Shown here: one piece after another, positions 20,019 through 31,249 of the stretch
Layout of the letters: each line of letters begins with the position of its first letter
How positions within the stretch are numbered: position 1 is the first letter of the stretch
Assembly (NCBI GenBank): GCA_963817895.1
Contig: CAWFQB010000006.1
Location: forward strand, 128,001 to 192,000
DNA length: 64,000 nucleotides
Direction: 5' to 3'
From: an uncultured Chthonomonadaceae bacterium
GTDB taxonomy: Bacteria; Armatimonadota; Chthonomonadetes; Chthonomonadales; Chthonomonadaceae
Notes under the pieces: model-generated
What the model was told of the DNA's origin: nothing
The model's input: only the letters and a program-made list of their open reading frames with translations
The model's database searches: none
Translations under genes and position numbers: made by a program

Positions 20019-20912
20019 TTATTCAGTCGCGCCATGCTGAAGAAGGAGGGGAATCAGGGCGTCGTTGTGCTGTTCGCGGGCAATGGTGAGGGCGGTTTTG
20101 TGGTACTTGTTGCGTTGGTTCACGTTGGCATGGCGCAGCAGCAGCAGGTTCTCAATAGCAATCACGTCTTTTTCGGGAACCACATTATGCGCAAACATCG
20201 CAATGTTCATCAGGGGCGTGTAGCCGAAGTTGTCCCAGACATTGGGATTCGCGCCGGATTGGAGGAGCAGACGCGCCGCTTCAAATTTGTAATCGTAAAT
20301 GGTGTAGTGCAGGGGCGTCGCGCCCAGACTATCCCGAATATTGATGTGGGGATGGCGCTGAAGTAAATGCCGCATTGCGTCCGCATCTCCCCATTTCGCT
20401 GTCAGCATGAGGAGCGTGACGTTCTTACGCTCCCAATTTTCATACGAGGCGTTGGAGTCGGCTCCATACCGCAGCAGAGTGTTGAAGAGCGCTTTGTCTC
20501 TATCCTCGACGGCTTTCCAGAGAAGTGACGGTCCGCTTTCTCGCGGATCGTGAGCAAGGGCCTCGTCCCGAAATTCGTAGCGCCAGTATGAGAAGGACAG
20601 CATCCCGCGCTGAAAACGATGGCTCATCTCCGCAGGGAAAGAGCCATAGGGATAGGCTTGCGTGTGAACATTCGGGTCCGCCCCCTGTTGAAGCAAATCT
20701 TCTATTTTATCCGTGTGTCCGGCATAGGACAAATCCTTTTGCTGTTTATGTCTCAGGTCTTCCTGCCGGTCTGCAACCGCTTCCAGAAGGCCAATATTGA
20801 GGGATTTCCGCCGCGCTCCCTGATACGTCCAGGCCGCAAACGCGGCGCAGGACAATACGCCAATCCCCCAATTACGCAGGGCGCGGCGAAAGCGGGCGGA
20901 TCGGCTTTTCAT
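20019..20912 (-). CDS. Ankyrin-repeat protein with N-terminal membrane anchor
   Basis: LLQQGADPN, GATPLHY..LLLQSGANPN, GYTPLM, KTALTIA repeats. Confidence 0.85.
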   Translation of the reverse strand: MKSRSARFRRALRNWGIGVLSCAAFAAWTYQGARRKSLNIGLLEAVADRQEDLRHKQQKDLSYAGHTDKIEDLLQQGADPNVHTQAYPYGSFPAEMSHRFQRGMLSFSYWRYEFRDEALAHDPRESGPSLLWKAVEDRDKALFNTLLRYGADSNASYENWERKNVTLLMLTAKWGDADAMRHLLQRHPHINIRDSLGATPLHYTIYDYKFEAARLLLQSGANPNVWDNFGYTPLMNIAMFAHNVVPEKDVIAIENLLLLRHANVNQRNKYHKTALTIAREQHNDALIPLLLQHGATE

Positions 20913-20922
20913 CCCTCATCCC

Positions 20923-22749
20923 TCATCCCTGCATATCGGGCCATTGCTTGTGCCAGTTGGTAGCGCGTTCATACGCCAACCCAAGTCGCAGAATGGCGGC
21001 TTCGTTGTACAGGTTGCCGACAAACTCGATGGATTGGGGAACGCCGTCCACCAGTCCGCAGCGCGTTACCAGCGTGGGATGGCCGGTCAGATTGGTGTAT
21101 ACCAGAGTGGGGCCGTGAAAGGGAACGGTCACGTAGCAGTCTATGTCCTTGAACGTGGCGGCCATCTCCTGCTGCAAGCGGGTTCGCAGGCGCATGGCCT
21201 GTAGATAGTCGGACGCGGGAATGGTGCTGCCGATGCGGAACGTGTTCGGCCAACTGCCATCTTCCTGCTGCGCCAGTTCATCCAGTTTGCCGCTTGCCGA
21301 AAGTTTGTCGAAAGCCGCCGCGCCCTCCGCGTCAATGGTCAGCCAGGCAATCGGCTGATACAATTCGCGCGTTTTTGGGCAGGTCGATGGGAACAGGCGT
21401 CACGCCCATTTTATGCAGCGTGTCCAGCGCGTCCTTATACGTTTGCGCCCGTTTGCCCTCTTTGGCGGCGGCATCGAACGCGGTCTGGTCTATGCCCACG
21501 CGCAGGTTTCTCAGGGGCAGGTTCGGGTTCCAGCGGAACGGCACATCTGCCACTGTCGCGTCCCGTCCGTCCGGGCCGTAAATGGCGTTCAGGACGAGGG
21601 CGCAATCCTCCACGCCCCGGCACATCGGCCCGATTTTGTCCATTGTCCACGAGAGCGGCATGGCTCCATAGCGGGAAACGCGCCCGAACGTAGGCCGCAA
21701 TCCCGTCACGCCGTTGCGCACGGAGGGGCTGACGATACTGCCCAGTGTTTCCGTGCCGATGCTGAAGCCGACCAGTCCCGCCGCCGTCGCGCTGCCCGGC
21801 CCCGCCGAGGATGCCGCTGGAACCCTGCTTTGTGTTCCAGGGATTGCGCGTCATGCCGCCGAACCACACGTCGCCCATCGCCAGTTCGCCCATCGTGAGT
21901 TTGGCGACCAGCACCGCGCCCGCCGCTTCCAACCGCTCCACAACCGTCGCGTCGTAATCGAAAATCTGATGCTCATAGGGTTTCGCGCCCCAGGTCGTGG
22001 GGATATTGCTTGGTTGCCAGCAGGTCTTTGCCGCCCCAGGGGATGCCGTGCAGCGGGCCGCGATATTGCCCTCCGCCATTTCCCTGTCGGCGCGTTCCGC
22101 CTGCCTCAGCGCCAGGTCTTCCGTCAGGTTGACTACGTTGAGCAGGCGCGGGCCGTAGCGTCTTCAGCCGGTCCAGATACATGCGCGTCAACTGCATAGA
22201 GGTGACTTTGCCCGCCTGGATCAGCGCGGACAATTCCACTGTGGAAGCAAAAGCAAGCGATTCCGGGTTGCCGTCGTAGTGGGGCAGGGGAACGCGGCTC
22301 ATGCGGAACGAACCTTTGCCGGTCGCGAACTTCATACCGGGCAGGCGCGGGTCGAAATGGACGGCGGGCGCGAGCAGCGGGTCGGTATCGCCCGTGCGTA
22401 ATGTCTGTATGTTCTGGCGAATAGCGCCAAGTGAGCGCGTCATCTGTTCGCGCTGTTTGTCCGTATACGCGCGTCCGGCCAGTTTATCGGCTGCGGCAAT
22501 ATCCCCTGTGGTAATGGCGTCTTCGGGCGCAACTGCGGGCGCGTTGACTTCTTCCGCGACAGCGGCAGACGCGGTTCCCGCCAATCCCGCCGCCACAAGC
22601 CCTTTAACGAACTCACGCCGGGGCAATTTCCTGTTCTTGTTGGCTTTGGAAGAGGGTTCCGTGTTCGCAACCGTAGCTTCGGGCGCGTCGGGTGTGGGAT
22701 TCAGTGTATCCGCAGCCTCAGTAGTGGTCGCATCGTGTCGTCGTGGCAA
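20923..22749 (-). CDS. Amidase-signature family protein with Tat-like signal, several frameshifts
   Basis: Fragments RGPLHGIPWGGKDL, AGAVLVAKLTMGELA, TRNPWN..GSSG, GVTGLRPTFGRVSRYG, NLTGHP spread over four ORFs. Confidence 0.85.
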
Positions 22750-22864
22750 TGATTTTCCTCGCTATATAAAAAGTTCAAAGTGAAAATTTAGAAACTGCTA
22801 CTACGCGCAGAAGTCGGAAATGTTCCTGTTCCAACCACCAATCACCAGCCACCAACCACCAACC

Positions 22865-23779
22865 TCAACGATGTGTCGGCGGGGCCAATCCCTGATGCGC
22901 CTCCTGCGGGTCGAGCAAAAAACTGTCGGCAAGCAGCGTTTGGGTTTGGGCGGATGTGGCCGCGCCATGCGATTGCAGCAGATTGACCAGTGAACGCAAT
23001 CGGTTCAATTGCGCCTGATGCTGCCGCGTCACCATTTCCGGGGTCGGGTGGGACGGCAACACGACACCTCCGGGCGGCGACGTGACGGGCGCGGGATGCT
23101 TCTGCCCCGATTTAGCCAGCACGTCCATATACGTTGCCAGCCACTCTCGATGCACTTCAGCGGCAAGGACGGCAAGGTCGTCGAGGGGCGTTAGCCCTTC
23201 GGCGTTGGCAAGGTTCGGGTTTGCGCCGTGATCCAGCAGCAGGGCGCAGTTGACCGCGTTTTTTTGCGCGACGGCAAGGTGCAGGGCCGTGTTGCCGATC
23301 TTGTTCGCGTGGTTCACATCCGCCCGCGCTGTGAGCAGGTCCAGCAGAATGTCGCGGTCATTGTGGTCTACGGCGTACATCAGGGGCGTGCTGCCCATGC
23401 CGTCCGGCGCATCCACGTTCGCGTTGCGCGCAAGCAGTTCCGGCAACAGGATTTTGCGGCTGTAGGCGGCAGTCAGGGACAGCAGGGGAACGCTTTGCAA
23501 CTCATCTCCCGACAATTTGCCGCGCAATCGCGCCTTCAGCCCTGACCAGAAGCCGGAAGGAAAAGGCTTGCGCGTTCGTGAATCGAAGCGCAGGTTCGCG
23601 TCCGCGCCCTGCTGCAAGCAGGCCACCCCTTGTTGTTCCTGCCCTGTGTACGCGGCCTGAATCAGCGTCGCATTGAGCCGCTCGGCGCGTGACCCGGCAA
23701 CGACCATATACAGGAAAGCGCCCATTATAAGCGCGATTGCCGTTAGCAGTATCCATCGGGCGCGAAATTTCGGTTTCAT
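22865..23779 (-). CDS. Ankyrin-repeat protein with N-terminal TM helix
   Basis: GSTPLMYA, GNTALHLA, LLDHGANPN, GLTPLD; start taken at MKPKF. Confidence 0.85.
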   Translation of the reverse strand: MKPKFRARWILLTAIALIMGAFLYMVVAGSRAERLNATLIQAAYTGQEQQGVACLQQGADANLRFDSRTRKPFPSGFWSGLKARLRGKLSGDELQSVPLLSLTAAYSRKILLPELLARNANVDAPDGMGSTPLMYAVDHNDRDILLDLLTARADVNHANKIGNTALHLAVAQKNAVNCALLLDHGANPNLANAEGLTPLDDLAVLAAEVHREWLATYMDVLAKSGQKHPAPVTSPPGGVVLPSHPTPEMVTRQHQAQLNRLRSLVNLLQSHGAATSAQTQTLLADSFLLDPQEAHQGLAPPTHR

Positions 23780-24118
23780 AATGGAAATTGTACACCATTT
23801 TGCGCCGAAAACGGGTGTTGAAAACGCTTGCTGTGAAATGAGCGCGGCGTGGTTGCCAGGGATTGAAAATCCCTGTCTACACAAAACAAGCGTCCTTCGG
23901 ACGCGATTGCATAGCATCAAGATTCCCGCGTCCGCAGGACGCTTGCACTTTCCTGCCGGGGAAAGAGATTTAATCTGAAATCCCCGGCCCCTGTTTCACA
24001 GCAAGCGTTGAAAATCCCCGGCAAACTCCAACAGGGATTGGGAGGCGGCATGGTGAATACTGTTTCCGCATAGCGCCAAGTACAGCAAGAAGCATAGCAG
24101 AACGCGAACGAACAGGAC

Positions 24119-25204
24119 ATGAACAATATGAATATCAGTGTGGAGAGTTTCAGCGTTACCAAGCGGCATCCGCTCACGATCAGCCGGGGAACCAGCGCGG
24201 GTTCGGAAAACCTGCTGGTGACGGTGGAACATGAGAAGATTACGGGCATGGGAGAGATGGCTCCCACATCCGGCGGGGCGGTTGCGGAAACAGCGGACAC
24301 CGCCGAAAACGCCCTTCTGCGCTGGATACCCCTGCTGGCCCATGTTGCGCCCTGGGACATGCAGCGCATCGAAACGTTGCTGAATGTGCAGGAGGGCGAG
24401 CGGGCGGCGTATTGCGCGCTGGATTGCGCCCTGCACGACTGGCAGGGCAAGCGGCTGAATATGCCCGTGTGGAAACTGCTTGGACTGGACATTGCCGTCA
24501 TGCCGCCGACTTCGCTCACAATCGGCATCAATCCGCCCGATGTAATCCGCGTCCGCGTTCCCGAACTTCTGGCGCGAACAAACGCCAAATTCCTGAAAAT
24601 CAAACTCGGCAACTCGCAGGGTCTGACGGCGGATAAAGCGGGTTTCATGGCTGCGCAGGAATCGGCGACGGAGTACGCGCAGACAACCGGAAGCGTCCCC
24701 GTCGGCTGGCGCGTGGACGCTAATGGCGGCTGGACGGTTCGGGAAGCGCAGCATACGCTCGACTGGCTGGCAGAGCGGAATGTGGCGTTTGTAGAACAGC
24801 CTTTACCGCGTGGGCGGGAAGCGGACTTAGCCGTTCTGCACAAACACGCGCCACTGCCGATTTATGTGGATGAGAGCGTCCGAACCGCCCGCGACATTCC
24901 CCCTCTGGCAAAGAATGTGGACGGCGTGAACCTCAAACTGATGAAATGCGGCGGACTGCGCGAAGCCCTGCGCATCATCCATACCGCTCGCGCGCACGGC
25001 CTGAAACTGATGATCGGCTGCATGTCGGAAACCTCGCTGGCAATCACCGCAGCGGCGCAGTTAGGCTCCCTGGTAGACGAACTCGATCTGGACAGCCATC
25101 TCAACCTCAATCCCGACCCATTCGTTGGCGCGACGTATGCGAATGGAACCGTCAGCCCAACCGACGCGCCCGGACTTGGCGTTCATCCCGCACCAAGCGT
25201 GTAG
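24119..25204 (+). CDS. Dipeptide epimerase (L-Ala-D/L-Glu epimerase, enolase superfamily)
   Basis: PLTISRG, GMGEMAP, LKIKLG, RVDANGGW, FVEQP, DES, NLKLMKCGG, MIGCMSET, DLDS. Confidence 0.9.
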   Translation: MNNMNISVESFSVTKRHPLTISRGTSAGSENLLVTVEHEKITGMGEMAPTSGGAVAETADTAENALLRWIPLLAHVAPWDMQRIETLLNVQEGERAAYCALDCALHDWQGKRLNMPVWKLLGLDIAVMPPTSLTIGINPPDVIRVRVPELLARTNAKFLKIKLGNSQGLTADKAGFMAAQESATEYAQTTGSVPVGWRVDANGGWTVREAQHTLDWLAERNVAFVEQPLPRGREADLAVLHKHAPLPIYVDESVRTARDIPPLAKNVDGVNLKLMKCGGLREALRIIHTARAHGLKLMIGCMSETSLAITAAAQLGSLVDELDLDSHLNLNPDPFVGATYANGTVSPTDAPGLGVHPAPSV

Positions 25205-25230
25205 CCTGTTTTCGATATACATTGGAGGGG

Positions 25231-25348
25231 TAACTATTCACCACCAAGACGCCAGGAACACCAAGCAGAATGCGAAGAAAAACATTGCTTCGCCTGTTTT
25301 GCGCCTTTTATAGCTTGGTGTTCCTGGCGTCTTGGTGGTGAATAGTTA
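25231..25348. repeat. 36-bp inverted repeat (TTCACCAC family)
   Basis: TAACTATTCACCACCAAGACGCCAGGAACACCAAGC (25231-25266) and its reverse complement (25313-25348). Confidence 0.8.
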
Positions 25349-25391
25349 TCACACTTGAAAAGACAGAGGCTTTCGTCTCTCCCGCCGTTTC

Positions 25392-25664
25392 TTAAATCTC
25401 GTCCTCGTCCTCATCCTCGCTGGGATCAATGTACACGGTGACGTTTTGCAGCGTTTTGTCGCCGCCCTCTTTGGGAAGCTCGTAGTACACGTCAATCACT
25501 TCCCACACATTGGTAATCCCCTTCTTTTCCGCTTCGTCCACGTCCATCATAATGGACTCGCCGATGCGCGGCACATGGATACTCTGCACTTCGGCAATCA
25601 CAACGGGTTCTTCATCGGTGTCCGGGTAGTACACGAAGGTCAGATTGAGCTGAGACGGGTTCAT
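25392..25664 (-). CDS. Small acidic hypothetical protein
   Basis: AAGGAG RBS; VPRIGE motif; acidic tail. Confidence 0.65.
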   Translation of the reverse strand: MNPSQLNLTFVYYPDTDEEPVVIAEVQSIHVPRIGESIMMDVDEAEKKGITNVWEVIDVYYELPKEGGDKTLQNVTVYIDPSEDEDEDEI

Positions 25665-25759
25665 GGCACATTCTCCTTGATGGTAGGGGTTCGCAAAATG
25701 ATCTGGTTTCGGCACTGCCACTGCGACAGAACACAACGCTGTATACGGGTATCAGGGTT

Positions 25760-25878
25760 TTAGGGTTCTATGGTTCTATGGTTTTAGGGGAAATACATTG
25801 TTTTTGTGCTTTCCACCCCTTTGAACCGTGTGCCTGAACACCTCAGAACCCTAAAACCATAGAACCATAGAACCCTAA
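25760..25878. repeat. 8-mer tandem (GGTTCTAT) inverted pair
   Basis: TTAGGGTTCTATGGTTCTATGGTTTTAGGG / CCCTAAAACCATAGAACCATAGAACCCTAA. Confidence 0.8.
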
Positions 25879-26592
25879 TCACCTAAAGATTGGTTCTCTC
25901 TTCCCAAGATGTGTGGGAACGGGGTGCGTGATATGCGCTTCCAGCCAGGCGTTTTCGATAGCCAGAAATTCGCGCGCCTTGTAGCGGGGCATCACCGCGC
26001 CGTAATCGCGCCGGTCTGCGGGGACGCCCACGACATCCATGCCCAGCGCGCGGGCGGTATACAGGGCGCGGGGCAGATGGTACGCCTGCGTGACCAGAAT
26101 CGCTTGCTGTACGCCGAAAATATCGCGCGCCCGATACAGGCTGTCGTATGTGCGGAAACCGGCGTAATCCAGCACAATATCGCGTTTGGGAATGCCCATT
26201 TTCAGCGCGGCCTGCCGCATCGCTTCCGGCTCATTGTGCGTGACCGTGCTGTTGTCGCCGGTCATCAGCAGTTTACGCGCTTTGCCCGTTTTGTACAATT
26301 GCGCGGCGGTGTACACGCGGTCATAGAGAATGGGTGACAATCCGTTGCGCGTGTAACCGGCCCCGAACACAACCACCACCGGGCGGGTGGGAACCGTTTG
26401 CAGACTGTAAAGCAGCGGCCTACCGGTCAGGAAAATATCGGCGTAAATCAGCGCAAGTCCGAGCATAACCGACAGCAAAATGCCGCCTGTGTAGATAAGC
26501 CCGCGCCGGAACCGTCGGGCGCGGGATCGGGCGGCAGGCTGCGTAACAACCGCTTGCGACAATTCGGGCAAGGTGACAACAGCCACGAGCAA
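25879..26592 (-). CDS. SanA/YdcF/ElyC family (DUF218) protein
   Basis: VVFGAG, LMTGDN, NEPEAM, DYAGFRTYDSLYRARDIFG, VTQAYHLPRALY, RE motif. Confidence 0.9.
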   Translation of the reverse strand: MLVAVVTLPELSQAVVTQPAARSRARRFRRGLIYTGGILLSVMLGLALIYADIFLTGRPLLYSLQTVPTRPVVVVFGAGYTRNGLSPILYDRVYTAAQLYKTGKARKLLMTGDNSTVTHNEPEAMRQAALKMGIPKRDIVLDYAGFRTYDSLYRARDIFGVQQAILVTQAYHLPRALYTARALGMDVVGVPADRRDYGAVMPRYKAREFLAIENAWLEAHITHPVPTHLGKREPIFR

Positions 26593-26733
26593 TTCCTTTA
26601 GAGCCTATTCCAACTGGCCCTCAACCCCTAACCCCTTCTCCCAAAGTTGGGAGAAGGGGAACCTATCTGGAGAGGCTCTCAGGATTCTATTAAAAGACAG
26701 AGGGGTTATAGATTGACATAAACAGCGTTACAC

Positions 26734-27231
26734 TTACGATACCTTATCGGAAGCGTTGTCGCCATACAATTTGCCCCCGATGCGTATCACGACTTCGGGA
26801 ATGTCGCGGCGTCCCAGAGAAACCGCGTCCCAATCCTGGGGGCCGTCCTGATTGGTGTAGCGTTGCCCGATGTGATCGCAAACGGCGTTCAGAATGTGGA
26901 CAATATCATCTATGCTCATGTCGGGACTCTGATGCGCCACCAGATACAGGTTCGCGCCCCGCGCGCCGATTACCTGCGGCGGCGACTGCGCTATAGTCAG
27001 GGCTTCGGCAAACTCATCGTAAATGCGCTCTTTTTCCGCGTCTGTCAGCGAAGTAAGCAGCGGCCAATCTTCCAGCGCATATTCAATGTAGCAGGCGTTG
27101 AAGACAACATCTCCCATCGCAAAGAACTCTTCCTCTTCCTCCATCAATTCCCGGTAAAAAGCTTCGTCCGACGATCCATCATGCGGTTCCACAAGGCTTC
27201 TCCATTCGTAATTGGATACAGTTATCTGCAA
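26734..27231 (-). CDS. Acidic hypothetical protein directly downstream of the HNH gene
   Basis: 165-aa ORF starting 1 nt after the HNH stop. Confidence 0.55.
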   Translation of the reverse strand: MQITVSNYEWRSLVEPHDGSSDEAFYRELMEEEEEFFAMGDVVFNACYIEYALEDWPLLTSLTDAEKERIYDEFAEALTIAQSPPQVIGARGANLYLVAHQSPDMSIDDIVHILNAVCDHIGQRYTNQDGPQDWDAVSLGRRDIPEVVIRIGGKLYGDNASDKVS

Positions 27232-27232
27232 A

Positions 27233-28042
27233 TTACCAGTTCAAGGCTTCAGGTGCTTCCATAAACAACACCTGCAAGCCGGGGATAAGGGTATACTGCC
27301 GCTTCATTTCCGCCCATACTGTCGCATGATTGGTTCGACTGACTGAGCGCTGAAAACGCGCCAATTCTTCCGTACTCTTGCCTGCCTGCTTGTTGTTGAC
27401 ATACAACTCTAAAATCAGTATGTAGTGTTCGTAAGCGTGTTCGCGTGAGGTTTGCAAATTTTCACGACTGTTCAGGCCGAGAACATCAATCGTGTACTCC
27501 GCGCGTTCCTGCTGAATCGAAGTCAGGTTTGCTGCGGGGCGGAAATTAAAGGTGGCGCGTATATCAAGTTCCATAAAGTGAAGTGGGTCTTCTGTGCGTG
27601 GGTTGATGAGCAAAGGTTCGCCTGCTTCGGGAGGAACAACAGGCGCTTTCGGTGAACGCGCCAGATTTATCTTTTGCCCAGTCTGCTGCGAGTACACATG
27701 AAACCTGTTCGATTTACCCAGATTACAGGGACTGCAAGCATACAGGTAGTTTTCCCAAACAAACACAAGGTCGGGGTAGAGCGACTTGGGCTTTATATGT
27801 TCTATTTGATTCGGCTGCGAATCCTCACAGTACATGCAGCGCAATGTTCCCGTACAGAGTGATGCAAGTACCCTCCGAACCTCTCTGAAAGCAGAGTTGT
27901 TCTCTCTGTTCTTAGCAGTGAATTCGTTTTTAGCGGCGTCAATTTTCTGAGTGTAGTCAGTAATGGCTTTGATGTTGCGTTGGTACTCGTCGAGACGGCG
28001 TTGCGTATTTTTAGATAGGGAAGCGTCTCGTAAACGAAGCAT
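27233..28042 (-). CDS. HNH endonuclease (Septu PtuB-like)
   Basis: CMYCE, IEHIKPKSLYP, WENYLYACSPCN, LLINPR.EDP, TIDVLGLN; TAATG coupling to the ATPase gene. Confidence 0.85.
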   Translation of the reverse strand: MLRLRDASLSKNTQRRLDEYQRNIKAITDYTQKIDAAKNEFTAKNRENNSAFREVRRVLASLCTGTLRCMYCEDSQPNQIEHIKPKSLYPDLVFVWENYLYACSPCNLGKSNRFHVYSQQTGQKINLARSPKAPVVPPEAGEPLLINPRTEDPLHFMELDIRATFNFRPAANLTSIQQERAEYTIDVLGLNSRENLQTSREHAYEHYILILELYVNNKQAGKSTEELARFQRSVSRTNHATVWAEMKRQYTLIPGLQVLFMEAPEALNW

Positions 28043-29441
28043 TATTTCGCTATGACCTCCCGATCCGTGATGTGCGATGCAGTCGGCATCATGGCGCGAA
28101 GCCAATCCTGTTCCTGTTCTTCGTTTTCATTCAAGCCTTCGTGCAACTCTTTGATGTTCAGCGCCGCCAACCGTTCCACCAAATGCAGTCCTTCTTCCGA
28201 GCGTCCAACACTGTTTCCAAAAGCCCCTGTGCTGTAAGCATCTAATACGTTGCCGTACAGCAGACGATTTAGTTCCGTCCCGCAAATCATCTCTCCCTGT
28301 TCATTCGTTCCCGGCGTAGGCAGTTTGAACACAGTTGTTGCGGCCTGACAGACGAACGGACTGTGTGTTGTGACAATGAACTGAATGTTCGGAAAATGCT
28401 TGCGGAACCAGATGCCAATGCGCCGTTGCCATGCCGGATGTAGATGCACGTCTACTTCATCTATAAGAACGACACCAGGTACGACAATTTTTGTGGGATC
28501 GGCAGAGCCAAAATTTCGCCAGCCCCGTAGCAAATAGCTAGTTGCCTGATTAAATCAAAGGTAAGACTTAGAATAGAGCGGTAGCCATCGCTAAGTTCTT
28601 CAACATTGACACGGTATCCATTGCCATCGACAAACTCTACCCCTTTGGTAGAAACCCTCTTGATAGCTACTCCATCTGGCAAAAAATTATCGTGGTTGAC
28701 AAAATCTTGGATCGCTGTAAGCAACTGACCTTCTAAGGCATGCGAATTTTCAAGTTGGATAAATCGCAACTCTTTCAGCCACCTCAACGTTTCAGTCAAA
28801 GCAACATTTTCACCGAAAGCAGTTAAGTGGCGGGCAAGTTTCGGATTGCTATGAAGAGTGTCTTCAAAGTCTTCATCCCCTCCAGAAAAACGTCTGAAGG
28901 GTCCATAGGAAGCGCTAAACCAACCTTTGTTGTTTCCCCACACATGTCTTTGCGAAGTTGATCTATCCTGCTTGCCTGTGCCCCACCCAAGCACAACATT
29001 GTTTGAAGCAATGTTATCATGGTCCTGCTGACGTATAAGCAACATGGTTGCAGAAGGCTTCTTCAAAGTGTTTGTTCGAGACTTAGTTTTGGACCCTTTG
29101 TGTACAACAACAATAGTTGATGATAATAAAGGTTGCGTCAGAGGTAAATTCCCCTCTCGATTGACAGATGCAAAATAGTCGTAGTCAGGCGCAGCAAGAA
29201 TATCAACTCCAATTTGCCCTATTTGTTTTTCGTGTCTTAACCAGTTACTCCAGTTTTGGCGGAGAGCTAACGCATTAGTAGGGCCAATCAGAGCTAAAGC
29301 AAGAGAACGAACAAAGGCCGTTTTGCCTGCGCCGTTGTCGCCGAGTATGACGTGCCAGCCTGCCGCCTGATCTTCTTGAATCTGCCATGTCAGGTTGGCG
29401 ATGGAGCGCACATTGGTTATGGTTGCGGTTTTAATGTACAT
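28042..29441 (-). CDS. ABC/AAA-type ATPase (Septu PtuA-like), frameshifted near 28515
   Basis: Walker A GDNGAGKT, signature LSDGYRS, Walker [29 protein letters not shown] across ORFs 28461-29441 and 28042-28533. Confidence 0.88.
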
Positions 29442-29684
29442 GTTCTTGCTTGTTTCGGGTTGATAGCGTAAGGCTTGCTGTCAGAATAGCGTGTCTATTG
29501 AAAATACGTTTCTCACAGGCGTTAATTCGCCGCGCCGCGCCCTTCTCCCTGCCTGCGCAATGAGGAAGATTTACAAGTTTGGCAACCCGAATCGGGACTA
29601 TTTCTGCCGTGACATCCGCGTGTTCGGAACCGTTAGAAATTTTGGGAACGCTGTTGACGCTGAGAACGTCAGTTGACATAGATT

Positions 29685-29698
29685 TGAAAGCGCATTCA
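29685..29698. promoter_or_regulatory. Possible LacI-family operator next to a TTGACA hexamer
   Basis: TGAAAGCGCATTCA (one mismatch from a perfect palindrome); TTGACA at 29673-29678; upstream of the DUF362 gene. Confidence 0.35.
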
Positions 29699-29766
29699 CT
29701 ATCCAAATGAGAGTGTTATCTTGAACCGTCCTTGAACAACATTTGCATGTTCTGGAGGAGAAACTC

Positions 29767-30942
29767 ATGACATACGAACCAACGACGCGGCGCGAACTGC
29801 TGCGAAATGTGGGAATTGCCGCCGCAACGGTGACATTAGGCGGCTTGTGGATGGAAGCGGACGCGCAAAATAAGGCAGTCGCCGCGCCGTCTCTGCCCGT
29901 CGCTCTGGCGCGTTGCGAAACTTACGATTTAGGAGTGGTTACGGCGCGGGTGCAAACCCTGCTGGATCAGACGGGCGGCGCGAAAAGGCTGGCATCGGGC
30001 AAAACCGTTGCCATTAAAGTGAACCTGACTGGCAGCCCCATGAACCGCTTTGGCAACCTGCCCGCGTCCCGCTCGTTCCACATTCACCCGAATGTCGTGC
30101 TTGCCCTTGCCACCCTGTTGGACAAAGCGGGCGCGAAGCGTATCCGGTTTGTGGAGGGGACGTACAGCACGCAGCCTATGGAAAAGACGCTGCAAAACTT
30201 AGGTTGGGATTTGGCGGCGTTCAGCGCCCTTCACGCGCCCGTCGAGTATGAAGACACCCGTAATCGCGGCCCCAAACCCTATACGCTGGTGAAAGTGCCG
30301 GGTGGGGGCGATCTGTTCCCCGCGTACCAACTGAACCACTCGTATGCGGACTGCGATACTTACATTTCGCTCGCCAAACTGAAAAACCACGCCACTGCGG
30401 GCGTCACGCTGTCCATGAAGAACAACTTCGGCATCACGCCCACCGCGCTCTACGGCCAGCACGACCCGAACGAAAACAGCACGTCGGCGCGTATAGACAT
30501 CTTCCATCAGGGCAAGGACAAGCCCGCCGCCGGTCTGCCGCAGGAAGTAGACCCGAACGGCCCGCGCGTTCCAAGCTACCGGGTTCCGCGCCATGTTATG
30601 GACGCCATCCGCATCCGTCCCATTGATTTCGCGCTGATTGACGGCATTGAAACCGTATCCGGCGGCGAAGGTCCCTGGCTGCCAGAACTGGCCGCGCTAC
30701 AGCCACATCTGCTAATCGCGGGACGCAATCCCGTCTGCACGGACGCCATTGCCACTGTCTGCATGGGCTATGACCCACAGGCCGCGTCCGCAACCGGCCC
30801 CTTTCCCGGTGACAACCATCTCGTTATGGCGGCCAAACACGGATTGGGTACGAACGATCCCAAGCGCATCGAAGTAGTTGGCCTGACAATCGCGCAAGCG
30901 CGGCATCCGTTCAACTGGGAACCGAAGCAGCGCCATACGTAA
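29767..30942 (+). CDS. DUF362 domain protein with Tat signal
   Basis: TRRELL signal; VAIKVNL, ISLAKLKNH..AGVTLSMKNNFG, LIDGI, NPVCTDA. Confidence 0.85.
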   Translation: MTYEPTTRRELLRNVGIAAATVTLGGLWMEADAQNKAVAAPSLPVALARCETYDLGVVTARVQTLLDQTGGAKRLASGKTVAIKVNLTGSPMNRFGNLPASRSFHIHPNVVLALATLLDKAGAKRIRFVEGTYSTQPMEKTLQNLGWDLAAFSALHAPVEYEDTRNRGPKPYTLVKVPGGGDLFPAYQLNHSYADCDTYISLAKLKNHATAGVTLSMKNNFGITPTALYGQHDPNENSTSARIDIFHQGKDKPAAGLPQEVDPNGPRVPSYRVPRHVMDAIRIRPIDFALIDGIETVSGGEGPWLPELAALQPHLLIAGRNPVCTDAIATVCMGYDPQAASATGPFPGDNHLVMAAKHGLGTNDPKRIEVVGLTIAQARHPFNWEPKQRHT

Positions 30943-30944
30943 GG

Positions 30945-31247
30945 AAGATAGGGAGATAGGGAGATAGGGAGAGGGGGAGATTGGGAACCGCGAAATACGC
31001 TAAATACACGAAAAAAGGACAAAAAGAAGAACACAAGGGAAATAGACAGGATTAACAGGATTTTCAGGATTGAACAGGATTATTCGCAAAGGCGTAGGGG
31101 CTTAATTTATCACGCCCGCCTATTATGTTGTTCTTATCCGTGTATATCCGTTTTATCCGTTCCATCCGTGGTGTGCATTTTCATTTTGTCCTTTTTTCGT
31201 TTATTTCGTATGTTTCGCGGTTCCCACTCTCCTTTTCTCCTTTTCTT
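30945..31247. repeat. Composite nested palindromic repeat region
   Basis: GGGAGATA tandem; outer arms GGGAACCGCGAAA..AAAAAGGACAAAA / TTTTGTCCTTTTTT..TTTCGCGGTTCCC enclosing CAGGATT and ATCCGT tandem modules. Confidence 0.7.
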
Positions 31248-31249
31248 CC

